DNA of 64,000 nucleotides, taken from NCBI GenBank assembly GCA_013265495.1, contig MU058781.1:7545009-7609008 (forward strand), written 5' to 3'. A model generated the notes under the pieces. That model did no database searches. It had not been told where the DNA came from and was given only the letters and a program-made list of their open reading frames with translations. The DNA comes from Vicugna vicugna (Eukaryota). Both the position numbers and the translations under genes were made by a program. This document shows positions 53,186 through 64,000 of this stretch, one piece after another; positions within the stretch are counted from its first letter, which is position 1, and the number at the start of each line of letters is the position of its first letter.

Positions 53186-55299
53186 TCATTTGAACCATTT
53201 TTTTTCATATCTCATCACTGAAGAGTTTATTGTAAAACATTTTATCTTAGCTGAAAGTGGAAATTGAGAGCTACTTAGATTATAAGTAACTATATTAACA
53301 AGATTACCTTTGTACATATGAAAAAAGCCACTCTGCAGAAACACTGATTATATTTGCCCTGTAGTGATTCTGAAGGTAATTATGGGAGAGCAAGTAAGGG
53401 ATTTTTGCTCAGTTCTGCAAATCTCGCTTATCATGAGATGATGTGTGGGCATTCACGGAGAAGCTCAAAGGGTTAAGTGGACTAAATCAGTGGCTACAAT
53501 GAAGGTGCAATAAATGGACACGTAACTACCCCACCATGTGAAACCCCTTGAGTGTAAGTGAGCCAGACTGCTGGTTATTTGTCTGCTGCTCTGCCATTAT
53601 CCTGTGTGCATTCATCTCTAATGTACCGAGGGGCGGTCAGATTCGTACATGGTTTGTGTGTTGTGAGGATTTCTCCTAAGTAGTTTCTGTCAGTTGTGAA
53701 ACTAACCAGTTAGGGGATAAGACAAGAAAAAATAGTACCTCAGCTGACAGTGATCAAAAAGGGGTAATGGAAGGTGGGGAGTGGAGAGAAATGGAGGGAA
53801 AACAACACAGAAATACGAAGTATAGAAGTTGTGCACTATATGGTTGATTCCATCTGTCTTGTAGCTTGATTTAAAGAGTAGAAATATTATTATTATTGTC
53901 TTCCCAGCTAATGCACATGGAAATTTGTATCACATAACCAGTAAAATAAATTCCAACCCAGGGGAAAATCTTTCTTATGACCCACAAAGTAAATACAATG
54001 TGTAAATAAAATTTCTGTATACCTTTATATATACTTCTAGCAATAAAAGCAAATATATGAGCTGTGCAGAACAGGTGTAATTCTCATCTGATGGGGAAAC
54101 TGACACTCAAGGAAATGAATGACTAGTGTCTTGATAAAAAGCTGGATTCCAGGACCTTTGAATCTTGCTTTAAAATTCTTTCGTTAACACAATATAGATA
54201 TTTTAAATGTATTCCTTCTAGAAATGCCTTTTGGCATCCTAAAGCATAAAACTAGTGACCTTAGACTATTTCTGAAGTGGATCAAATGTCTGTGCTTCTT
54301 CTTGCACTGTGAGCATTTGTCTGCTGTTGAATATTTCACCAGCATTGTCATAGAAACTTCCTTGACGTAGTAGCTTTCCTAGGCCCAGCGTTTGGACTTC
54401 TGCTCTATCTCAGGTAGAATACAGAACAGTGAACAGCAGCCGAGCCACATGAAAGACAGAATGGGGCCCTTCTTTGACAGTGGAGCGTAATTAGTGACAT
54501 AAGCAGGTGCTGATTAGATCCAACACAACTTCTAAAATGTCACAAAGGAAAGACTGAGACAGAATCAGAGTGCAAACAATCATTGACAAGCATGCACTAG
54601 ACTCTTAAAACATTGAAAATATAACTGAGGGCTATTTCAGGGAAAGCCTAAATTTTGTGTTCCCTCCCTTATGCTTTACTTTTTTTTTTTTCCTGAAATC
54701 AAATGAATAATGTTTATTATTCCAGCAGCCATGGGAAGGCTAGGGCAAGAAGAAGTATAAACAAATAGGGAAGAAAATACTGTGAGTCTAGAGATGTGGT
54801 TTCTCAGTCCCCACTCTACTAATGACTGTGACCTCAGTCAAGATCCACCACATACTCGTCTCTGCACTGAAAGGGTTTGGCTTGGTGCCATCAAGTGTCC
54901 CAGCCAGCTCAAAGGTTCCTGTGATCTCTTGACCTAGTAGGGAGAAGAAGTAGAGGCATAACAGTGTTTGATGGTGACTCTAAAAGAGCTTCTGATTATT
55001 TGCTTCATTTGGGCTTATTTTCCCATTTCCAAAGGCTGGCAATGAAGTTTAAAGGCTACATTCCGAAAGGATTTGGGGGAAAATATTTTGAATATTTATA
55101 TGAACTGTTTGAGATGCTATGTAGAATATAAAAATGTCTTGTGACACAGTCCATGTCACAGAAGACCATTCATTCTCCATGGGAAAGACGTTCTGTGCAA
55201 ACACACAATAATGTTGTAAAAATCCAAGTAAGCCCGAATGAAGTGCTAACATTATGAACGTGTAACTATGAGCTGCTGTAAGGATGCAGAGATACATGA

Positions 55300-55760
55300 T
55301 CTGTAGCTGGAGGAGCACTGAAGATGATGTTGAAGGAGAGGCTTGGAGAATAGATATCTGGACGGACAGATGTATAGAAGGATGAACCCACTTTTGATGG
55401 GAACAAGATAATCAAGGGATTGAATCCATAGAAACGAAGGTGGCACCTCTCAGGAGTAGTGAGGAGAAAGTCATCTTGGATCAGAGGGACTGTTAGGGGC
55501 ACTAGTGGAGGTAGGACTGGAAGAGTCAGGGAGCATCCATATTTCAAAGATGTTCATGCTGAAGAAGATGGACTTTTCTTGATAGTTAATGAGGAGCTGG
55601 CAGTGGAAGGGATTGCAGGAGACAAATTAATCTTTTAGAAAGGTCAAACAAGGGCCGATTGGAAGAATTGATTAAATGAGAGAAAAGGCAAGTAACAAGT
55701 GTCAAGGTAGACATGTATGGCAAGTGCTGGGCATAAGTGAATGGAAATGGAAGAATTCCA
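55300..55760 (-). mobile_element. Very old L2-like fragment
   Basis: Purine-rich L2-like text (gaaggagaggctt...ggactggaagagtcaggg...ttttagaaagg); weak. Confidence 0.4.
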
Positions 55761-58700
55761 ATACTGAAGGAGGTCCCTCACTAAAAACTCTTTTCTTTCC
55801 TCTTTCCCTTCCTGATCTGAATAAGCCTCTGGATAATGAGGTAATATAAAAAATTATACTTTCACTCACCAAGCCAAAGAAATTATCCTAGCCCCTAGTG
55901 GTGGTCTTTGGTTGGATGACATAGAATTGATTTTGCATCCTGTCTCATGGGGGCCTCTGGGAAAATCATTCATTGGGGTGACCTTTTGTTTTCACATGAT
56001 TATGGAGATGTGACCCAAATCCCCACCCTGAGTTCAAGAAGAAAACAAATCTTCTTCATTACTTTGTTGGCTCTCCTCGCATTTTGATCTCAGCCAGCTT
56101 TTTCCAGGGTCTCCTCCTATCTGCTCTCCTCTCACGGTAATAGTCTCGTATGTTTTGTTCCCTTGGAGCCAAAGACTTAGTCTTTTATGTGGTGGAAAGG
56201 AGTGGATTCACCAGTCACTCTGGACTAGCTGTCCGTAACCCAGTGATAATAGTCCCACTATCTAAGAGAAAGATGTGATTTTACCACAAACACTCCCGCG
56301 ATGACTCAGCCCTAACTCTTGCCAGGGGGAGGGCTGCGCCATTTTTTTTCCCTCTCCCAGCACGCAGGCTGCTGTGAAGAAGCGTCTGCTGTCTAATTCT
56401 TTTCTATATTAGGATAAAATGTGTTTTGGCTTGCTGATTTCAGGCCCTTAGGAAAAGGGGGGAGAAGAGTTTCTCATAAAGTCTTCATTGCACAACCAAT
56501 CCGTCTGTATCCTGGGAACCCCAGGCATCTATTCAGGGACTGAGCCCCAAGAGCAACAGCTCAGAGATGACGGGGTCAGGAGCTGGACAAGACATGCTCG
56601 CTCTGGGGGGACAGATGGTATCCATTTAGCTAGAATTCTTCCACTGTGATCGCTTTAACACCCAGATCATTCTAACCAACTTCTTATCACATTTGGGAGG
56701 GCTAGCATACTTTTCCTAAAGATTAAACAGACACAGCTTTTTGTTTTCATGGTTCAAATAAGGGATGGGAGAGCCAGCTGAAAAGAGTGGGCTCTAGGAA
56801 TTAAAATACTCATTTGAATGTTGACATGTCCTTGAGAATGTGTCTGAAAAGCAACCTGAAGAAAAAAGCATCGGGGCAGTATCTCTCCCTCACATCCTTC
56901 TGTGCCCCCACCCCCACACCCAGGGCTGCTTTTGATGAAAACAAGGGCATGGCACCCACATTAAGATCCCCAACCCAGACCAGGGGCCAGAGACCAAGGG
57001 AGGTGAGCACGCTGCAGGAAGCGTTGGCCTATTGAAGGCTATTGGCCTTTCTATCTCATGAGAAGACTAGATGGAAAAGCCAGGGAGAAAACCAGCTTCT
57101 GCTTTGCACTGTCCCGCTCATCCTCAGCTTTCTGGGCGCCGATGACGGGGCTCGCTCAGCAAGTGCTGGCAAGCTGCAGTGCACCCCCAGACGCCGCTCA
57201 GAGGTGAGTGGGGAGGCCCAGGCTGTCTCCTGGGAAACAGTCACGTCTGCAGGGCTCAGAGCTATGTTTTCGTTTGTTTTTATTTTTGTAATAGTAATAA
57301 TAATTCTCATTGTCGTGGTTGCTATGATTTTGTCAACCTGGTCCATTTGGTGCATTTCCTATCACACTGTGAACGCCCTCACGGACAGGGGGCTATAGCT
57401 GTTGAATGTGCTGTAAACTGGCAAATCTCAGCTAGCTCGCTGCTTGCAATTACCACTTAAGGACCACAGAGAATGCAGCCTCCTTCTGTGTTCAATAAGA
57501 TAGATCTTAAAGCCAAAGTGAGGTATGTCAACCAAAAGGACTCTTTTTTTTTTTTTTAAGTCAAAGTGATGGAGGAGGATGTTTGTTAAGTGATAAATAT
57601 ATACCTCTTCACAAAGCCCAGACTTTATGGCTGCAGTCAGAACATACTGCTTCTCAGAGTTTTTACAATGCAGATCTCAAAAGACTTCCCTTTTGGTTTT
57701 GGGCAATTCACCGATTTCAGCTTCTTGCTCCCTGGTTAGGGTTGATGGGCCAGGGAACAATTTTTATTAGGTTTCAACGCATCTGCGGTGCTTAAATAAG
57801 AGACCGAAACAGGCACTTGCTCGTGCTGTAGGGTGATAAGTTGCATTAATTTTTATTTTAGTCTGTCTCCAAACATGGCTTTTATAGACTAATAAAAAAG
57901 CAATTTTTATAAGTTCACAAAAAACAATGAACACAGTCGAGCATAAATATCTTACAACCACGGCCAGAGGAAAATTATGAACTAAAAAATCTGCTGAAAG
58001 TGGCACAAAAGCACAATACCTAGATGCTTCATTCTCAAGGTACATTAAACTCTCACCTAAATGGAAAATGCTGTGATGTGAATTTCCACTAGTGACTCCT
58101 CCCTGCTGTTACCCCGCTGTAGTCAGAACTCTGTCGCCCTACCCTTCACTAATTTATGCCCATCATACTCTTTAAGATCAGCCTTCAAAACTCAGCTCTT
58201 TGTGGGTTTTGGGGGGTAATATCACTCATTAGTACAGGTCCTCACATTTCCATATAAGCACATAAGCATAAGTATATTCAGAATATACTGGGAAACACTA
58301 AAACCTCAATAGGAAATCTTTTGACAAAATTACTCCATCGTCATATCTCTGGAGAGAGATTTTATAAATGTACGGCTAGAATCTCTCAGACAATAAAACA
58401 TGTGAAGTATACTTTGAGTAACACTCTTACCCAAGCTATCCCCAACGGTGTTTATATAGTGGTAGCTACCATATTGCTTATATAATTATAATGCTGTAAG
58501 ATACATGGCATCAATTAATGTTTAACATTGTGTACCAAAAGAATTTTCCCAAAAGCTAAAAAACAAAAACAAAAAAAACGGTGACTCATCCAAATTTTTG
58601 TTTACTTAATACCAAACATCTGAATATTTGGAAACTTTCAGATGACTGACAGTGATGTTGACTTTCACTTCTGCCAATTCAAAGTCTTGGACTCATGAGG

Positions 58701-58989
58701 TTGCCCTTGAAGTTTGGAGCATAAATCCTTGCTTCCACTACTTCTGTAAATTTTATGTTTCAGCCGCATTATTTACCTGACAAAGATGTTCCATAGCTTA
58801 TATCCTTCATGCAGAAAGGAAAAGAAGCAAGTAAACAAAGTAGTCAGGAATTTTATTTTACTTTTAATTTTATTTTTAATATACAACCTGTCACTTTAGA
58901 CAAAGCATGTTGACTTTCTTAGGCCTTAAGTTAGTTAAATTTTCCTAGTACAGTATCACTGTAGAGGTGTTTTGTTGTTTGCTTGTTTT

Positions 58990-59228
58990 TTAGAAAAACA
59001 AAAGTAGCACCTAGAATTAAGTTAGGGATCCTAGTCACAAGGTGAAAGGGGAAGAGGAAGGAGGGATTTCCTTTTGAATAGATAAGGCCTAGAAGTAGCA
59101 TATGCCTTTGGCTGGGTCTCATTCACCTGACCACACTCAACCACAAGGGAGGCTGGGAAATGTAGTCCAGCTGTGTGTCCAAGAAAAAAATTAAGTGAGT
59201 TTGCCATGAGCTAGCAATCTCAGCTGCA
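58990..59228 (-). mobile_element. MLT1J-like LTR fragment
   Basis: tttggctggg...cacctgaccacactcaaccacaagggaggctgggaaatgtagtccagctgtgtgtccaagaa. Confidence 0.7.
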
Positions 59229-60139
59229 AATTTCAACTCCAGCCTCCAAGTCTTCCCGTGATAATTCCACTGGAAGGGCTATGAGGCATAAACACTAACA
59301 TCAAGCATCCAAGTACCCACAGTAGAGGTAACAGTGAGGACTATGAGATTTCCCCCAAAGCCCAGCAGCCGTGAAGAGTCCTGCTGAGTGTCTCCTGTCC
59401 ACCATGCTCCACCGTACTTCCTGACTCGTAAGGCCATGCCTCTGTAGGAATCACCAGTCACCAGGGTTGACATTTAAAAGATGGGACTCCTTGTGCACAG
59501 GAGTTATATTTCAAACAGCCAAAATTGAGTCTTCTCATTTTCTTTTTCTCCTGACTTGGCATTGATTTTCTTCATGCTTGAATGAGCTTTATAATTCTGC
59601 CAAGGTGGAGGTTCATATTTGCAACATTTTTTTTCCATTTCAAAAGAAAACGAAAGCTAAAAAAGTCTGATTAATTCTGAAGAGCCAGAAAAAGTTAGTT
59701 TTTTTCCCACCCCCATATAATACAAAAATGGATGTGCTAATTTAGCTGAAATGTTATGAAATATGTACTATTGGGTTGGAACCAAGTATGGAAATTCCAT
59801 GAACATTTCCCACTGTGATATCTCTTCAGAGACACCTGTTCACATCCTACCAAACAGATTTCTATTCCAATAATTAAAATGTAAATACATCCAACATCAG
59901 TAAAGGCAATTCAGCTACCAGCGTTGGGATGTCTTAGCTCTCTGAGCAAGGTTGATGCTTTACAGCAACATCACATATGATGAGCAATGGAGCAATATAC
60001 TATACGTTTATACATGAAAATTAGCCATAACTGTCAGGATTCTGTTATTACCTTCAACTAAAAATTTCAGTCAACAGTTACAGTTTCACTATGGTTCAGA
60101 TTTTCTCCCATGAACACTTCTCAACAGCCAAGTAGCCTT

Positions 60140-60310
60140 ATGAACACTTTGAGTCTTAATGAAATGATTAGTGGAAGGACAGTTGCAAGTGGGATGTCAT
60201 ACAACTCCTTGGAAGCCAGTTTCCCACAGCATCTCAAGTTCTTGGAATTCCATTAATGATGTTCTCACACTATGCATGCTCAAAAATTCACTGACAACAC
60301 ACATCTGTGT
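60140..60310 (+). mobile_element. CR1/L3 LINE reverse-transcriptase relic
   Basis: Frames give SGRTVASGMSYNS, SINDV..CMLK and KFTDNTHL in the order of the CR1 motifs W.xVxSGVPQGS, FINDL, KFADDTKL. Confidence 0.6.
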
Positions 60311-62169
60311 TTACCCTTTTAATTATGACAATGTCCACAATAATTTTCATATTCCTAAAGGATTGTGTAATACCTTCAGAGTCTTAGAAGACAAACATGA
60401 CTTATATTGGACCTTAAATCATCCTACCATCCATAAATAGGAAGAGTCTAAAATTGGAAATCTCTTACAAACTGGAAGCAGAAGATTATCTGAACTGCAT
60501 TTTTCTGGCTCAAGGGCAAAGTAATATAATGGAAGAATCTGCAGAGTCATAAAAGAGAAAACATAGGCCTAGGTATATGGGCTTTGGGCATTCTTTTTCT
60601 CACTCTCCATCTGCATTCCAAATCAATTCTATTTGCATTAGGGAATTTTTTTCAATATTTAGTATGTGCTCTTGGGCATCTTGGCCCTTTTTTGGACAAC
60701 AAAAAATATGCATGGAAGCAGTCACAGGATGGGGGGCGATTATCATTCTTTATATGTTGTATACGGAGGGAAAAATGACTCTTGATTATCCTTTCTTAAA
60801 AGGGTCTTAGGGGAAAATATATAGGTATCATATCATAAAGTAAATTTCCTACAACTGTGGGGTATAATCAGAATCAAAGAGCCAGAAAGCACTTGAAATT
60901 ACACATATTCAGTATACTTACCATCACTCCACGTCCCATTCTCTTCGTCAGTGTTGTTAAGTGATCACATAAGCCTTTACCACTGAGCCCAGATATGAGT
61001 GAAGAATTGTTCTCAAGATAAAGCAATTGACAGTTGATATAAGTTGCAACTGAATATAAAAAATCTTTTTGCCATTCCTGACATAGAAGATCCCTGGGTG
61101 AGAATCAGAGGAAAAGAAGAGGTTATGATCTTGGAAACTTCTCCGTAGATTCAAGTGGTCATATCTACAATAGAAGCTACCATTTCCGCCCTGAGGTTAG
61201 TTTCTTCTGTTTTGACTTTGCCTCAAAAAGCTTTGATGGCTTTCTGGCAGGCACATCTGTGATAATCACATGAAAAGTCAAGAGCATGATAGAGACATTA
61301 GCTTAAGTTTCATTGTCTATAGTGCATCCTTTTCCCTCTGTTGAAGTCTCCCCAGTTATCAAGCTATGGGATATACAGGCCGTCAAAGGCAATAACCTCA
61401 TCAGAACAGCCTGGGCCACAGTGGGGCTCATGATGAGGTTTCCAGGGGCCAGACTTCAGGGCTGCTTTCTCTCTTCTGGGTCTTTGAAAAGTAAAATCAC
61501 TGCTGGCCCATAGCTTTTTGGTTAGCTGGTTACCCACTATAAATTAATTCTGAGTCATAGACAGAAACAACACATACACAGAACCACACAGCCAGCAGCT
61601 TTTGTGCTAACTTCAGACCTGTCTTATCTTTCTTACTCTTATTTGCCCTGATACCCTTACTAAGTTATTTTTCATTTTTAAAAACCATATTATGTTATTT
61701 TTAGACATCTAAATCTCTTTTGTAACAAAGAACGACGTACAAATGAATTAATATATCGATACATCAAAATTACCACCACTAGTCTTCTTATATTTCACAG
61801 CCTGTAAATCTACCACAGAAGGTTAATTATCTTCCGAAAATTGTTTAATTGTTTTGGTATTATGTCTGTTAGCCAAAGAGGTCTGTTTTCCAAGGTATCC
61901 AAGAGAAATATGTAAAAGGCATGCTAACATAACTAAGAATAACACCACTGATACTATCAGTCTTATGGTTTATTCCCTGGTACAGTGTCCTTCATTTGCA
62001 CGTTTAAGATATTGTTGGGTCTTTTTTCGACATGGAGAAACTAAAGCTATCAAAGGTATTCATGATTTAACCAATGTCCCAGGAAACACCGGAGGTGCAC
62101 GAAGCTATAAGAAATTGGTTCACGTCTTCACGGGTTAATCTTCCCTTAAGAGAAGACATTATTCCCTCT

Positions 62170-62720
62170 CTTTATTTATATCTGTCATATCTTGCTTTTG
62201 ACTTGACCAGGCTGACGAAAATAATGTCTCTTAAGTAACTGATAGACTGTGAAATTAAGTTCAAGAAATCAGATCACTTGAAGGAGCAATCCTTATCCTT
62301 GAAATCCACCCTGCCATCACAGACACAAAGAGATCTGACTTTGAACTCATCCATCAGTTTTGTTTCCTCTATTTGTTTTTGCAGTTGGTGGAAGAAACTG
62401 GTGGTTTTGAGATTGGCAAGGAAAAGTTCAAGTGAAAACAAAGCTTTCTTGCAGGCATTTTTGCTGGCAATAGTGTCCTCTCCTCCTTTGAGTCCTCAGT
62501 GCATTCCTTAGTTCTGCAAATATTTTCCTTTTGAAGTCTTCTCACCAAAACTGTCAGTAGAATTTATGACAAGTGCAACTTGTTGGAGACAAGAACAGTT
62601 TCTTTATTCTGCACCTGCCAAATATATTGCTTTTTTTTATCTGGGCATTTGTAACCATTGGTGGTTCCAACTTTGATGCTGAAATGAACTAGGTTCCATG
62701 TTAAAGGAAGTTACCTATTG
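62170..62720 (-). pseudogene. hAT/Charlie-family transposase relic (frameshifted, internally deleted)
   Basis: Minus strand WNLVHFSIKVGTTNG (cf. W..LVSxTTDG), degenerate HCxxH-like codons near 62550-62577, then DTIASKNACKKALFSLELFLANLKTTSFFHQLQK (cf. the Charlie/GTF2IRD2-type segment after LQG). Confidence 0.5.
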
Positions 62721-63834
62721 TCTGTTGACAGAGGTGGCTTCTTATCATCTCACATAATAAAATTTAACAGGCCATTTATTGTGCGCACTATTTATCTGTC
62801 AGATGTTTGGTCACTATGTGTTAGACTTTTTGTTCTGAGTCATACAGAAATAATACGAAGTTATTATTGTCATCATTATTAAATAGCTTCAAAAACAATG
62901 TCAGAGTAATTAAAAAATAATTAAACAGGTGACTGAAAACCACACAGAAAATTAGAATTTAAATCCAAGAAAGTCTTAATTCAAAATCAGCATTCTGTAC
63001 AGTTGCCCTCTCACTATAAATGCTCTCTGAATGTGTTTCACTCAGGCTTTAACTTTTCAAAATACAAAGTTTATACTAATCACAGTTTGCAGATCTCTGG
63101 ATCAGAGTCACTTTATAGTGCTTACATTCCTTCCCCTTTCAAGGAGAACTGAAAATGCCAAAACTCATGGAGCTTTACCCAGGATTGTACTAGGTTTTGT
63201 CAGTTTTGCAGGGAGCTGCATTTGGGCTCTTACATCATCTGAAGTGTTCAAATTCAGTGCTGTAATTCAGGAACCAGTGAAAATAAATCGGCAAGTCTTA
63301 CAGCAGGGCTTGCATGCGTTATTTTTCAAAACACAAAGAAAAATCATTCCTTAATATGATTGGCATATTAATGAGATTAGGCACTTTATTTAGACTTAAG
63401 TGATTCTAAGCATTTTCTTTTTAATATTTTGTAGAATTTTTATAGATATTTGAGAGAATTTCATCTTCCATGGTTGATTTTAATTTAAATAACATCTGTT
63501 ATGTCTACCTCCATTTTTCTTATACTCCATTTTCCTCTTGTTCCATTTTTTTAATATACCTTATTGATCCAATAAGAATGATATGGAGCTTATATAAAAA
63601 TGTCTATCAGCTAGAATCAACACTTGCCCAATGTAGTTTTCTTTTTAATTTTCATCGAGCATCCTGGATCTTGGATACACTCACAGGATAATAAAGAGGT
63701 CTATATGCTGTTTTAGAAATATTTTATTTCTGCTAATTTTTCTAACCCTTTTCCAGGGATATATATACAGCAAACATGTAAGTCAAATTTTCTGAATTCT
63801 GAGTATTGTCCTCTTTCAGTCCATGTTGCAATTG

Positions 63835-64000
63835 TTCATTTAATTAAGAGCTATTTTTGAGTGCCTTTTGTGTCTGCCAGTACATACCGTAACAGGCACT
63901 GAGACTATGGCAGTGAAATAGATAAAGCCATTTGGGTCACCTGGAAATCACAGGGCAGGGAGGAAGACAGAGGGAACCTGAAGTCACCAATGTGGTGAGG
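63835..64000 (-). mobile_element. L2 3' end (runs off window)
   Basis: ttcatttaattaagagctatttttgagtgccttttgtgtctgccagtac...aggcactgagactatggcagtgaa. Confidence 0.7.

Noticed and set aside
55888..55905. CTCF-like motif (minus strand ccactaggggcta); also caaggtggcgct near 50444
   Set aside because: Both miss key core positions and cannot be supported without a PWM scan or ChIP data.
1..64000. CRISPR arrays, tRNA/rRNA/snRNA genes, NUMTs, processed pseudogenes of known genes, intact ERV ORFs
   Set aside because: None recognised by eye. The sequence is mammalian repeat-rich non-coding DNA with no regularly spaced repeat-spacer structure.

Overview
AT-rich, CpG-depleted eutherian mammalian genomic DNA (intronic or intergenic), roughly half recognisable as decayed transposable elements. 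It carries two young 5'-truncated L1 3' ends with intact target-site duplications, whose sequence I recall as camelid-type L1 (species call is an inference; no Alu, B1, BovB/Bov-A2, PRE1 or CanSINE seen). Older content includes L1MA/MB/MC/MD/ME fragments, L2, MIR, a CR1/L3 reverse-transcriptase relic, MaLR (MLT1) and ERVL-type solo LTRs, and DNA-transposon fossils (MER8, MER3, MER5A, Charlie). I recognise no known protein-coding gene, RNA gene, CRISPR array or prokaryotic feature; the ORF-track ORFs look like chance or TE-derived frames. The best oddities are a 92-bp templated insertion copied from 1.1 kb upstream into an old L1, an asymmetrically diverged 116-bp tandem duplication, a possible micro 3' transduction, an 18-bp palindrome inside MER3, a hAT transposase relic, and a speculative phase-compatible 3-exon minus-strand transcript. 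TE subfamily names come from recalled consensus sequences and are approximate, as are the boundaries of old elements.
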